A stretch of 64,000 bases of DNA from Eledone cirrhosa (GCA_964016885.1 OZ024743.1:273544001-273608000); one strand, 5' to 3'; positions 29,017-44,179 are shown, numbered from the stretch's first letter. Translations and numbers: made by a program. Notes: generated from the letters alone by a model not told the origin.

Positions 29017-29815
29017 GCCAAGAGAATGTGTACTATAGTCTCCAATAAAAACACCTGCTACTTACGGCTACAAGAACTAAAGGACACACTCATAGGCAGG
29101 GACTACCCTGCATCACTAATTGACAATGGAATACAACGTGCCCTAAAACTCAGTACCCAGGACCTTAGAAACCCTAAAGTAAATCAACCGAAACTAAAAG
29201 CTCTTCCATACATCTTCACACACAACCTCCTCAACAATGAGTCCTTTGACACCATCCCCCAGAACATCCCTGTGTTGAAAAAGGACCATAGAATGAACCA
29301 AATCCTACGAACACACGATATCATAAAGAGCAAAGGACAATCTAAGTCAATGAAAAACATCCTAACACATGACAAAGTACTGCCAACCACAACAACGAAA
29401 CCCACAGTAAAAAGAATGCGATAGACCCAACTGTGGCATTTGCATCAACCTAATAGAGGGTTCGGAATTCTATTTCAAAGAAGGCCAAGGTTTTATAGTA
29501 AAACACAATTTCACATGTGCATCAGCAAATCTGATATATGTATTAACTTGCTCAGGTTGTCGAGAACAATACATAGGCCAGACCAAAAACAGCCTCCGCC
29601 AACGCATGACTGTCCATAGATCCCAAATTAAAATACGGGAATACAGGAAAATACCACTGAGTGAACACATTGATACCTGTGCCGCCCAAAATCATCCCAA
29701 CTTCAGAATCTTTCCCCTCTACAAATTTAAATATAATGCCACCCACACCCAACGCATTAGCAAGGAATCTTACTTTATTACCAAATACAGACCCCGTCTA
29801 AACACTTCTCCCTAA
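29012..29815 (+). pseudogene. PLE (Neptune-like) 3' fragment: thumb/linker and GIY-YIG
   Basis: RLQELKDTLIGRDYP. After a frameshift at ~29415: CDRPNCGIC...NLIYVLTCSGCREQYIGQTKNSLRQRMTVHRSQI...KESYFITKYRPRLN. Confidence 0.9.
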
Positions 29816-30036
29816 GAGGAACCCACTACATCCACACGTCAACATACATACCTACATCAGCATACATCTCTACCCACATATAAACACAATGACATACGTT
29901 AACACACATGTTCTATGGTGCAACACAAATATTGATGTCTATAGATATAACACAAAAATCGATGTCTATAGATATAAACGTGCCGACACACACACATACA
30001 TAAACGCACACATGCATTGCACACTGATGGGCACAT

Positions 30037-30310
30037 ACATATTTGTGCACAGGTATTCCAATACGGCAAGGCCTAACAAATTCGCCTTGCAGTACGTACA
30101 ATCTGGACACACTCCAGATACATATTTGTGCTCAGGTATACAATTTCTGGACACACTCCAGATACATGTGTAAAATTTGTGCACAGATATACAGTTTGTG
30201 CACAGGTATACTATTTCTGGACACACTCCAGATACATATTTGTGCACAGGTATTCCAATACGGCAAGGCCTAATGGATCCCCCTTGCAGTACGTACAATC
30301 TGGACACACT
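30037..30310 (+). repeat. Mosaic minisatellite in the PLE 3' region
   Basis: Recurrent blocks catatttgtgcacaggtat and tctggacacactccagata. A ~75-nt block occurs at both 30037 and 30233. Confidence 0.85.
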
Positions 30311-30529
30311 CACACACACATTGGTATTATGCCAATACTATATATCATTTCACACCTTTTATTATTAAGGTTTTTGATGTTCTATTGAGAGAATCCATTT
30401 TACTGAAAATATCGAATAATGTACACCATTTTACCAGTAATCAATACTGGTCCACCCCCACACACACACTCACACACACACACATATATACACACACACA
30501 TACACACGCGTACATTAACATACAAAGAG

Positions 30530-30587
<58 letters not shown>

Positions 30588-31218
30588 CTCCGTATGAGAC
30601 AAGAGCTGAAAAAATATCTTTTAACATGTTAAAATATCCCCCACACACTTACAGACACATTCCTACTGACCATCCCTCTACCACGAATTACTCTGCTACA
30701 CACACACACACACACACACACACTTGTCTTAATAGGCATTTGATTGTCAACAGGCTGCGGTTCGCACACACATCCCTGCTGACCATTATCACAACAACGA
30801 ACCTCTTTACTACTACTACACACACACACACACACACATATTTGTTGTGAAAGACTTATTTCTCAGTCAGCCGACACAAACCTACATTTGGCGCAAAATC
30901 AATTTTTTACATTCACATGACCTCTACCGATCAATCAAAATTGTTTTGACCACAAGAATTTTTGCAACACGAATTGGCGCAAAACTTATTTTAATAACGC
31001 TGGAGCCACTTTTTTAACATCAAAACAGGTAGAATTCCCAAAACTAATCAGATCAGAGAAAACATCACGGACGCTCTATCTCAAAATTATTTTTGAAAAG
31101 CATTAGAAATGGTAAAAACCAAACTGAATACTAACCAATACTATTACTAATTCTCACTTATTCCTAATTAAACTATTTTCCACTGTGAACAATTTGTCAG
31201 CATGTTCTATTCCTTTTA

Positions 31219-31308
<90 letters not shown>

Positions 31309-31377
31309 ATGGAGAGAGAAAAAAATAGATATGTAGTGTGTATACATGGAGAGACAATATATATATATAATAGATAG

Positions 31378-31570
31378 GGCGGTGGATTGGCAGTATCGGT
31401 AGAGGGCCGGACGCCATGCTTTGCAGCAAAGAGCTACGGCCATTTATGGTCTGAGTTCAAATCCCGCCGAGGTTAACTTTGCCTTTCTTCCTTACGGGGT
31501 CGATAACATAAAGTACCAGTAATACACTGAAATAATTGCTGGCATTGTGCCAAAAGTAGAAACAATTATT
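31378..31570 (+). mobile_element. SINE family A, near full-length tRNA-derived copy
   Basis: A-box-like tggcagtatcgg, B box gagttcaaatcc, core gcctttc.tccttacggggtcgataa..aagtaccag, and end gtagaaacaattatt. Confidence 0.9.
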
Positions 31571-31588
31571 TATAATACATATATATTC

Positions 31589-32030
31589 CTATTCCTCTTC
31601 CGTATTCCCAATATTTGCTCCCAAACACAGTCCTGAACCAATTCTAGCAGCTTCCCGCCTCTTCTCTGGCTTCTTAATATTCTCTACCAGATACTTCGTC
31701 TTAATCTCATTCACTCTCAGCCCCACTCTCATCAGCACAGACTCCACCTCTTGCATCATATCCTCTGCCTCCTTCACTGTGTTTGTCACCAGAACTATGT
31801 CGTCGGCAAATTCGGCATTCGATTTACTTTGCGCTTTAACTCTCCTGCTCTGAGCCAGTGTTACAGTAAAGCCAGAGTCATGGTGTTTCTCCAGCGCAAG
31901 GCGCATACAATAGTCCACTGAGATGATAAAAAGTTAGGGAGACAATGTATTTCCCTGGAGCACACATGTCAGTATCTCAAAGAACTCTGTCATCCCATCA
32001 GGTGTAAAGTCTTGGGCTTTGGTATTGGTG
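31589..32030 (-). pseudogene. RTE LINE RT core fragment (inverted segment)
   Basis: DGMTEFFEILTCVLQGNTLSP, VDYCMR and EFADDIVLV. Confidence 0.85.
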
Positions 32031-32034
32031 TGGA

Positions 32035-32420
32035 GAAGTGATATCAGGTCCACTATCTTCTTGGGGATTCCACTCAGATAGTCGATGGGTGCTACACGAG
32101 AATGCTGAGGATGGTTCTGAACATTACACAGTATACACTAAAGATGAAGAACTTAGAGCTGTACGGCAGCATCACAAACGTCAGCTCGAGAGTAGCACAG
32201 AGGAAATTGAGATTAGCTGGACATGCTCACCGACATCAAGAGATGACACTGCACTCAGTGCTCCTGTGGGAGCTCCTGCATAGACTCACTTCAAGAGGAA
32301 GACCGAGGTTAACATATGTTGATGCCCTAATGACAGACACTGGTCTCTTGGAGACGCAGGGTATGGCAGCGATAACAAGGGACAGTCCGCTGGAGAAAAC
32401 TCGTACATGGATCTCAGGAA
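32035..32420 (+). pseudogene. RTE LINE C-terminal fragment
   Basis: RMLRMVLNI...LYG...RKLRLAGHAHRH...VLLWE...RGRPRLTYVDAL..DTG. Confidence 0.85.
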
Positions 32421-32851
32421 TTTTACCCGCCCTAGATAGGTATAATTTGACCGCCAAAACCCGGGGGTTACCTCCCTTTCTGAAAACCATGTGACCGCGA
32501 GCAGTGTTTACTGCTAAAAGTCACACCCGGCAGCGGCAGAGAAAGTTAAACCTCTGTTCGATCTTCCAAAACCAATAACCTGCATACCCCGCAAGTGCAT
32601 TTTGTTGATTTCGATTTCACAGAAACCTGGCGGAGATATTGCTTAATATCGATGCGATGGTCCAGATTTGTCAAATTTTCCTGAGTCGTTTTTCTCGATG
32701 CTTTGGTCCCTGCAGCTGGCTTACCGGTCGCAATCTTCAATTTGCCAAGCTGTCTAAACGTAATGTTATTACTCTAAGGTAAAATACTTTATTCCGATTG
32801 CATTCGTTAGCTTAGCTGCAACTGGAGCTTCGGTTATGCTGAACTTCCATT

Positions 32852-32985
<134 letters not shown>

Positions 32986-33147
32986 AACTGCTCTGTAAAT
33001 CATCTGATGTTTTTACATTGAGCTACTTAACTTACTGGTAATAAGGTAGTAATACATTACTGCCTACCACTATTTAGGGTTTGTATAAAAAATACATATA
33101 ACTGCAAAAGGTTTTTGTATTTACATAACCATAAATAGTATAATTAA

Positions 33148-33210
<63 letters not shown>

Positions 33211-33212
33211 TT

Positions 33213-33315
<103 letters not shown>

Positions 33316-33382
33316 TAATATGTAATACAGAAATGGCTTCAACAGGAGTAGAACTGTTTCATTCGAAGGAAATAATCAGGAT

Positions 33383-33522
33383 ATTTATAAGTTTTCTGGA
33401 GGTAGGGAAAGGTGGTGATTTGAAAGGCCAAGAGATTTTAATGAAAGGGATTCTTTGAAAAAACTATATTTAGAAATATTAGACAGTATATATAAAAGGC
33501 ATTCACACTAAGTACCTATAGA
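33383..33522 (-). repeat. Dispersed PLE 3'-region repeat (direct copy at 38228-38367)
   Basis: atttataagttttctgg...taagtacctatagac is nearly identical at both sites. The second copy lies downstream of the minus-strand GIY-YIG. Confidence 0.85.
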
Positions 33523-33744
33523 CCAAAGATAGGTACAGCCACACATATTTTAACGTTCATTTATTCTAAGCAAACCAAGGAAGGTTCATTAAGTGGCGCT
33601 ACTTACATGCTCAACTGAAGAATTTATGGTATGGACGTATGGTTCAGACCCTTCGAATTAAGGAAGGTGAAGTCTGGCGTAATGATCAGGAATATACATT
33701 TATATAGGTAGGAACACACATACGCACACACAGACACACACACA

Positions 33745-33800
<56 letters not shown>

Positions 33801-33802
33801 GT

Positions 33803-34611
<809 letters not shown>

Positions 34612-34694
34612 TGAAGTTTCCGTTGGAATTGAAAACGTCATAGGAGTGAAGAGTGCTCTATGTAAGTACCAGAGCAAAATGTAATGTATACATT

Positions 34695-34737
<43 letters not shown>

Positions 34738-34741
<4 letters not shown>

Positions 34742-35122
34742 ATAATAATGAAATTGAAGACTAAAATCCAGAGAGGGCTCGATAACGAAAATATATATCA
34801 AATATATAAGAACCGAAGAGCAAATATTTATTAAAATAACAGATTAAAGTTTAAGCAAAGAATCGCTGCTTTCACCCTTAACAAAGTCAATCTGTAAACG
34901 CAGAACTGGATATTTCAAAAAACGTTGCAACCGGAGGAAGACAGGAAGACGATACTTTGGTTCATGGTGACGTTCGCTGGCAAAGAACGGGAAAAAATGA
35001 ATAATACGTCATTAATAGGAGCGGTGAAAAACAATTACGTGCAAGGACAGAACCAGAAGATCCCGTTAAGGGTGAAAGCAGCGATTCTTTGCTTAAACTT
35101 TAATCTGTTATTTTAATAAATA
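34738..35122. mobile_element. Fold-back element with ~57-bp arms and a ~85-nt tail
   Basis: tttattaaaataacag...ctttcacccttaac is inverted at 35065-35120. Confidence 0.85.
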
Positions 35123-35209
35123 TATATATATATATATATATATATGACGACTGCCCCCTCGTTATCGAGTATGGCCATTACAGGATATAATATTATTAAT
35201 AATTATTAA

Positions 35210-35400
35210 TTAATTGTTTCTACGTTAGGCACAAGGCCAGCAAATACCCAGTGCATTACTGTTACTTTATTTTATCGACCCCGTAAGGATGAAAGGCAAA
35301 GTTAACCTTGGCGGGATTTGAACTCAGAATGGCAAGGGCCGTAACTCTATACGTCAAAGCATGGCGTCCGACCCTCTACCAATACTGCCAATTCACCAAT
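35210..35400 (-). mobile_element. SINE family A
   Basis: Full family match including the B box. Confidence 0.9.
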
Positions 35401-35713
35401 AATTATTAATTAATGATATCGTGCCGTGCCTGTGCGTGAGGAAAGACTGTTCACTGAAAAAATCCCACTCTCTGAGCGACAGTAGCTATAACCCGAAAAG
35501 AAGAAAAGATCAACATCATCAATAACTAGTGAGCAGCAGGTTTTTCCGGTTTCCTCAGTTATCCCAGGTTGCTGAGTTGCTTCCCCCTAGAAGAATGGCC
35601 GGGCAAAGGCTAGGGGCCTTCACTCCCAGTAGTTTAACCGAATGATCGGGTATCCAGCCCAATTATTTCTATATCCCCCGCGCATATATACAAACATTTA
35701 TATATATATATAT

Positions 35714-36684
35714 ATTTCGTTTCTGAATTTGTTTAGCAAGATTCTTTATCTAAAAACGTGTGTTGAAACCGATATTGTTATACTTTGGGAGGGTCATGTT
35801 GCCAATAAGAAACACATGCACCAGTTGCTTTCACTTCAATTTATTATAATAAATTTATAAATTTAGGAATTTATAAATTTCTGGTTGCTTGGGTGGTTCC
35901 ACAACCAGACGATTGTTTATATATTGTCAAGGTTCTTTCGTCAAACATTCTGTTACCTCTTCAGTGACTGGGGATTATTTTCTTTGTTTTTGTGCCTCTC
36001 CTTTATTCTGTCCTACGCCATCTTACTTTTGTGTGTGTTGTGTGCTTAGTTTGCGCATGTGTTACATCCGGGTGTCTGTGTGTGTTTATATTCGTTTATT
36101 CATTTGCTTATTTACATGTTACTGGTTGGTTGTCTGTTCTATGTGCGTGTGTGTTTTCACTTTGTCCTTAATTGTAAGTTGTGATGTTGCTGTTCCATTC
36201 ATGTTTTCTATTTAATTTTGGTTGGAGTTCATTTATGTTTATTGCCTCTGTGATTTGTCTAAACATTGCGTCTTTTCTGTGCGTAGATTCTATTTTTATT
36301 TCTATGTTCTCTAATTTACCCTTATGTTCTATTTTAGCATGTTGGTAGAGTACAGATGATTTGTTACTATCTTGAAGATCTCGTCAGTGTTCATTTATCC
36401 GTTCCCCTATACTACGAGCTGTCTCACCTATGTACACTATATTCTTATCTCTACATTGTCCTTCAGTACATCTAGAGGTGAATTAGCTTACAAATTTAGA
36501 AGGGCCCTAGATAAACATAAACTCAATATTAAGATAGTAGAAAGACCAGGTACCTCCATAAAAACACTTATTAGCAATACATACCCTTTTCAAAGACCTC
36601 CCTGTATAGATAAGAAATGTATAATCTGTAAATTAAGCCCCCATATTAACCGTAAAAGTAGAAATGTAGTATATAGCATAAGAT
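35714..36684 (-). mobile_element. PLE 3' end (same family as 58565-59625) with a 5' inversion
   Basis: 35772-36473 is the reverse complement of ~58958-59625. 36472-36684 is a direct match to 58749-58962. A decayed HHR lies at ~35925-35970. Confidence 0.9.
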
Positions 36685-37637
36685 TGTTTCTTTGATCTGG
36701 TATGTCTAGATTTCACTACTAGCTTTATGTTGCGTCAATCGATCTCCAATAATTTCTTTATAACCAGTCGTTTCACCAGAGCGTTCTAAAGTGAGGAAGA
36801 TACTCAAGGCATGGCTTTTATAGAGAAGTGGTATTAAACCAGAAAAATAATATCAATAATAAAATAATTAGATACTGAATAGTTAAAATAATAACATCAA
36901 TATAAGTAAGCAATAGAGTATAATGATGAATCTAGCATATTAAACGAACTTATATGATACAGATATATGAAATTGACATGTGAAAACTACTATAGGGTAC
37001 ATTAGTGTACTATAGGGTACATTAGTGTTAAGCTGGTGAAGAGATAACTGATAAAATATACTTGGAGTCAGGATTTAGGAGGTATATGCGTGTGCTGTAG
37101 GTCTGAAAGCACACTGGCAATAAACCGGAGATTTATTTATTGTTAGACAGATAAGTATTTTCGTTGTATTAACTTAGTGAGAAGGATAGGGTGTGTGCAT
37201 AGAGAAATATAGTCAATAACAAACAGTGTATAAATAAGACAATAATAACAACAATAATAGAGAGAATAAAAGTAATAAAATAATAAAATATGCATGGTAA
37301 ATAGAGAGAACATGATGAATAAAATTAGGGCTACATTGAGATGATCATAATAATAATAAGAGGCAAATAAGATGTCAAGGGATATAGGAGTAATGAGATA
37401 ATGTACTTAAAATTAATTTCACCTGTTAGAGATCATGAGTGTTAATGTGAGATAAGTAGATATAATTGTTTGGTCCGAAGGAGTAAACAACAGCAAAGAA
37501 GGGATTGATTTATAGGCTGACAAGATAGTTGTAGATATTACTCCCCCATCTTAGCGGTATAGATTTAGGGAGGCTAGAAGTAAATTCATCCCAAAAAGAA
37601 GTAAATATGTATATACATGTGTACATGTGTATGTATG

Positions 37638-37680
<43 letters not shown>

Positions 37681-37682
<2 letters not shown>

Positions 37683-37876
37683 CGAAGGAAATGTGGTAAG
37701 GAACCAGGTGGACCATAACGCACCAAAGTACTCAATACTTGAGGTAGTAGAGTGGGTAATAGGAACCAGTAAGACCCCGACAGCTGAGCTCAAGCCGTTT
37801 CGACGGCTAATTCTGGACTCAGTCCAGAATTAGCCGTCGAAACGGCTTGAGCTCAGCTGTCGGGGTCTTACTGGTT

Positions 37877-37880
<4 letters not shown>
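37681..37880. mobile_element. Family P, copy 4 (perfect 60-bp arms)
   Basis: 37760-37819 and 37821-37880 are perfect complements. The tail is 37681-37759. Confidence 0.92.
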
Positions 37881-37924
<44 letters not shown>

Positions 37925-37925
<1 letters not shown>

Positions 37926-38192
37926 GAGGAAATTAGTTTTCTTAAAATAAAAAACGAGATGTCCTTCACCAGTGAAAGTATAACGAAAAGGAATCGGTAA
38001 TGCAACTGGAGTCTTTTTAAGAATATTTATTTGTTTCCTTTACTGTTCTTATGCTTTTCAAAAGTAGTATTGAGGGTATTTTGTTTTTCTCCCGAAAAAA
38101 ACCACAAACACTCCATCTCAATTCAACTTTTGAAAAGCATAAGAATTGTGAATCCGGTAAAGGAAACAAATAAATATTCTTAAAAAGACTCC
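37925..38192. mobile_element. Fold-back element with a ~80-nt tail
   Basis: tggagtctttttaagaatatttatttgtttcctttac...gcttttcaaaagt is inverted at ~38125-38192. Confidence 0.8.
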
Positions 38193-38589
38193 AAAAGACA
38201 CATGCATATGTGTGTGATATGGTGCTATTTATAAGTTTTCTGGTGGTAGAGAAAGGTGGTGATTTGGAAGGCCAAGAGATTTTAAGAAAAGGGATTCTTT
38301 GAAAAAACTATATTTAGAAAAATTACACAGTATATATAAAAGGCATTCACACTAAGTACCTATAGACAAAACATGCATAAATATAATCTCGTAAACACAT
38401 ACGTGCACATAAGCACTTTCTCATAGATAAATAATTGAGTGTCTTCTTGCACAAGCAAATAAACCCCCACACATATATGCACAAAAGTACGCGCACTCAT
38501 CTATATATACACTTAGTTATATAATTACTCGTCTACATGCTCGCATGCGGGCACTTGTGTACCCCTATGTGCAAAGACCAGTTAGATGT

Positions 38590-39130
38590 TGTATGCTTGA
38601 TTTATGTCAGGTATTGTTTGCGTTGTTCTAGTCTATTATTAATTTGTGGGTGTGTTCTGGCTATGATTAACGCTTCTTTTATTCTCAGGTTGCCTAGAAT
38701 TCTTTCTCTGATTTCTACCTTAACACTTATGTTTTTGTTAGAGTTTTTGCATTTCTCTAAGTGTTTTATGAATGAGAGAGCGTTAGTGTTAATGTGTTTG
38801 TTATTTCTGATTTGTAGGTGTCTAGAGGTGAAGCCTATATAGACGTTGTTACATTTTTTAGAGTGAACTCGGTACACGACGTATGTTTGATTGCATATGT
38901 CTGTGTTATAGATGGTGCAATTAGCTGGTGTGCAGGTTCTGTTGTGGTCTCTAGATCATTTCCTAGATAGTTGCCTGCGTAGTTAAGGGCTGGAGTGAGC
39001 TAGTTGTAGGACTAGGTCTTCTTTTCGGATAGTTTTAGGGATACCTGTTGTGTCATCACTGCATTGCGGCAGCTACAGGAAGCAGGTGTTGTGGATGTCG
39101 TGCTTCGACTGCAGGGTTCCTTGTTTCTAA
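38590..39130 (-). pseudogene. PLE GIY-YIG fragment (distinct family)
   Basis: VVYRVHSKKCNNVYIGFTSRHLQIR...KHLEKC...LRIKEALII..HPQINNR. Confidence 0.85.
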
Positions 39131-39289
39131 CGCGGTTTACGGTGGATGTCGACTAACAGTTTAGCTTCAACATTTCTAAGAAGTGTGAGGTGTGCGTGTC
39201 TCGATCCCCAAAATCATGATTTACTTCTTTGATTGCATGGGAGAATCGTTGAAATAATTATTATGAATAAACGAGTTATGTAACAACAT

Positions 39290-39376
39290 CTTTCATCCTA
39301 ACGGGGTCGATAAAATAAAGTACCAGTAATGCACTGGGATAATTGCTGGCCTTGTGCCAAAAGTAGAACAATTATT
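39290..39376 (+). mobile_element. SINE family A, 3' fragment
   Basis: ctttcatcctaacggggtcgataaaataaagtaccag...gtagaaacaattatt. Confidence 0.85.
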
Positions 39377-39463
39377 ATACTGCATCTCCATCGTAACTAC
39401 AAATTATGAATGGAGAGACCTTTATCCTACTTGCTCTTATTTATACCAAACAATCTCTTCTGA

Positions 39464-39508
<45 letters not shown>

Positions 39509-39543
39509 CATACAAACATATATATACATATATATATATACAT

Positions 39544-39577
<34 letters not shown>

Positions 39578-39686
39578 GTATAAATATATATATGTATATG
39601 TGTATATATATGTATATATACATAAATATGTGTATATATATATATAAATATGTGTATATATATGTGAGTATATATACATATATATG

Positions 39687-39764
<78 letters not shown>

Positions 39765-39952
39765 CGCGCCCATCATGGAAATATTTACGTCTGGACGAAA
39801 TATTGGTCAACCCGCAGCTGCCCATCCAATATTTGCCAAGCTAATCTTAGACTATTTTTCTATGCTTTAAATTATGTAGATTTCGTTACACAAAGCAAAA
39901 CATGTTATAGAAACCTACTCACTCGAGTAATTGTTCTTGAAGTTTAGGCGCC

Positions 39953-39999
39953 TCTTTCTGACATCTATGTGATGTGAACCACATAGAGAAAAACTAAGA
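39953..39999 (+). ncRNA. Decayed hammerhead-like motif
   Basis: tcttt CTGACA tctatgtg atgtgaac cacataga GAAA aac TA aga. Stem II has 8 bp and the core is missing one G. Confidence 0.4.
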
Positions 40000-40272
40000 T
40001 AACATGTGTCTATTTAATTCTTAATGTTTATCTAAATCATGCAAATATGGAAGAACCTACACACATAATATTTATCTCTTGGCTTTTACCGCTCTCGCGC
40101 ACACACGTACTTATGTACGTGTGCGCGCGTGAGCGGAATATATATCCTGTCCGTATATGTATATATATGTAATGAATATATAGAATGATCTACATATGCC
40201 TTACATGTGATATTTTAATTAGTTTCAACAACTGGAACCGATTTCTAAAAGATACAACAACAATACATATGC

Positions 40273-40343
<71 letters not shown>

Positions 40344-40388
40344 CATATATGCATATATATGCATATATATAGATGTATATATATTCAT

Positions 40389-40419
<31 letters not shown>

Positions 40420-40929
40420 TTTACATATATATATATATATACATATATATATACATATATATAAATATATACATACACACACAAACACGAACACACACAC
40501 ACGCGCGCGCGCACATATACATATATATATATAGTAATAATAATAATATATATATGTGTGTCTGTGTATGTGTGTGTGTTTGTATGTATGTGTGAATGCA
40601 TGTATACATGAGGAAAATGATAACAAATTGTTTAAAAAGAGCACCTGGTATATTTAGATCATTTTAACATACAATAGTTGATGTTAAAAGTTGATTTTAG
40701 GAAAGCCTGCTTTCACCCTTTTTTATTATAAAAACATTTTATATTGGTTTAAAATTGTTTTTTCGTTAAAACTCCCGCATGCTGATTCTTGACATCGTTG
40801 GTTTGGTTCGCTTCTGCCATTGCTAAAATCTGGGATACAACTGATTTCTTAGTTGTCGGTTGTGTGTAAAATGTCTTTTTTTTACTCTGTGATAAGGGGC
40901 TAACGCTACCATCCTTTAGTGTTGATAAC

Positions 40930-41160
40930 TTATGTTACAAATGAGTTCAATCTTGGTTTGAATTTTCTGATTAAGATTTTCTCCTTAATAACCCAACCTT
41001 ATTCTGTGATTTCATAACTACACTGGTACAATGGGAAAACGTCGCTGTTTGGCAGCGTTTAGTCTCTGCGGTCTTTTATATGTTGGCTTAGAGGGAACTT
41101 TCTAGTAGATGGGTTGCTGATTTGCTGCCTACGAACTGTCATTATTTGCCGGAGTGTCAG
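40930..41160 (-). pseudogene. PLE (Neptune-like) GIY-YIG C-terminal fragment
   Basis: LRQIMTVRRQQISNPSTRKFPLSQHI...VFPLY...KEKILIRKFKPRLN, with two stops. Confidence 0.85.
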
Positions 41161-41164
41161 AAAC

Positions 41165-41420
41165 TCTTGATTTTCACTTCAAAGACGGACACATCTTCAA
41201 AATTAAGAATAACTAGGAATACTTAATTCATGTCTTAACCTGCCGACGTTGCCGAGAACATTATGAAGGACAGACGTGGCTGTCACTCCGACAAAGAATA
41301 ACAGTCCATTCTCAGCAAATCATAATCCCGTATACTCAAAAGTTCACTATAAGCAAACATAGAGAAATGTGGAGATACAACGCTTCCACACCTCGTTGTT
41401 TTCCCATGTTTTCATCATAT
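41165..41420 (+). pseudogene. PLE GIY-YIG fragment, head-to-head with the previous one
   Basis: LIHVLTCRRCREHYEGQTWLSLRQRITVHSQQI. Confidence 0.8.
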
Positions 41421-42189
41421 CAAATGATATAAGTAATCTACGTTTTGAACAATTGAGATACTTAGGATGCTCAAGTTTTAAATCTTCTCGAAAGTGAGAT
41501 GTTTCGAATTTGTTTCTATTTTACAACAAATATTGTCAACAAAAGTACGTCTCCAGAGGCGTACGGGAACAGGTCAAAGAAATGAGGACCTATATGTGGA
41601 AAAATATATACTCAGAATATTTAAGAGGAAAATAATATTTCTAATAGAGACAAGCTTCTGATATCATTCTCGTACATGTAACGTACATCATGACTATCTA
41701 GTTATGCTCAACTATTTACCAGACAAGAAAGCGAAACTACGAACACAATTTGTTTCTTTCGCTATGTTTAGCTTAACCACTAACATCGTACTTATTTATG
41801 GAATAGAGGCTATTCCATATGGAAGCGATGCGTATCGATTTGAATTAATAGAGAAACGAATTTTGCCATCGAAGGTAGATTTATTCCGGGGATAGATTTG
41901 TACAGAGCAATTATTTAATATTTGATAATCTTTTATAATGCCGGGAAGATAAACTTTTATACATTGGAAAGGGCTATGGATATTATAGTAGAATCTACAT
42001 ACACAAAACTAATTGTAGGTTACCTGGAAAATAGTAAGTCAGTAACAAATTTTGAAGCCAATTTTTATTCATCCCAGAGAGTAAGTTGGAAAGATTTTCT
42101 GTAGTTATGATCTTCTGATCATAACTATTAACCCATCATTATTGCATTCCCGATGAAAATTAGCAAATAAATACATAATTTGTTACAAA

Positions 42190-42395
42190 TAATGGTTTCT
42201 ACTTAAGGCACAAAATGGAGGGGGACAGTTGATTAAATCAATCCTAGTGCATTAATGGTGCTTATTTTATCGATGCCGTAAGGAGGAAATGCGAAGATAC
42301 CATCGGTGGCATTTAAACTAAGATCGTTTAGGGATATAACTCTATGCTGCGAAGCATGTAGCTCGACACTGTCGATACTACCAATCCACCGCCTT
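42190..42395 (-). mobile_element. SINE family A, diverged
   Basis: tttctacttaaggcaca...ttattttatcgatgccgtaagg...ccaatccaccgcc. Confidence 0.75.
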
Positions 42396-42852
42396 TTGTT
42401 ACAAATAAATAAAGGACAACTGGAAACGAATGTCTATTATAAATAAACGGATTCAGAACAATACATACTAATCACAACCTGCCATCCTAAATATACTCCA
42501 ACATAGCCTTAATACTTTGGTGAAACCAGATACTGTCAGATCACCGAAATCACTAAACTAACAGGAAATGTGGAGAGATAGGGAAGAGAAAAAGCGAAAG
42601 TTTTAAATAATTCATCGTCTTTATTCTCTTAATACTTAATGAATTCGTAGATGCAACGTATTGATATACGCGGTTTCTTGGTCATTTTCTGTCTCAACAA
42701 AGCCGATTACTTCCAAGGAAAGGGTGAATGTCATGGAGAGAAACTGATAGAAAGATATAGAAAGAATCACCAGCAGTACTGAACTGGTACATAATATATC
42801 GAACATGGATAAATGAAAGGCAAATTTGCCAACAGCGGGAATTGAAACCAGA

Positions 42853-42935
<83 letters not shown>

Positions 42936-42953
42936 TATATATATGTATATATG

Positions 42954-43801
<848 letters not shown>

Positions 43802-43902
43802 TATATATATACATTCATACACGTACACAGACACATATATATATATATATTCATACACGTACACACACACACGCAAACACACATATATATTTATATATAG
43901 AG

Positions 43903-43987
<85 letters not shown>

Positions 43988-44179
43988 GTGCGTATATACT
44001 TGTTTTTAACGTCTATGTATTATTTGCATACAGTGTTCTCTCTCGCGTTGCTAATCTCTTCCGAATGATAACTTCCTAATTTGGAAGAATTGTCATGGAA
44101 CGAATCTACGGCTGTTTAACTAATATAGAACATTCTCCCAATTCTGAATTTTGTTTTAATATATATATATAAATACACG

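Noticed and set aside
29400-29430. Possible stop-codon recoding (selenocysteine) in PLE fragments
   Set aside because: The breaks are frameshifts or TAG/TAA stops. I saw no TGA at conserved Cys positions.
30037-30310. Repeat-spacer appearance resembling a CRISPR array
   Set aside because: Spacing is irregular, the 'spacers' are themselves repeated, the context is eukaryotic, and there are no cas genes.
31378-31470. tRNA-like A and B boxes
   Set aside because: This is a SINE head with no cloverleaf, so it is not called a tRNA gene.
33345-33385. Minus-strand CTGATTA...GAAACAGTT
   Set aside because: The core is mismatched and stem I does not pair.
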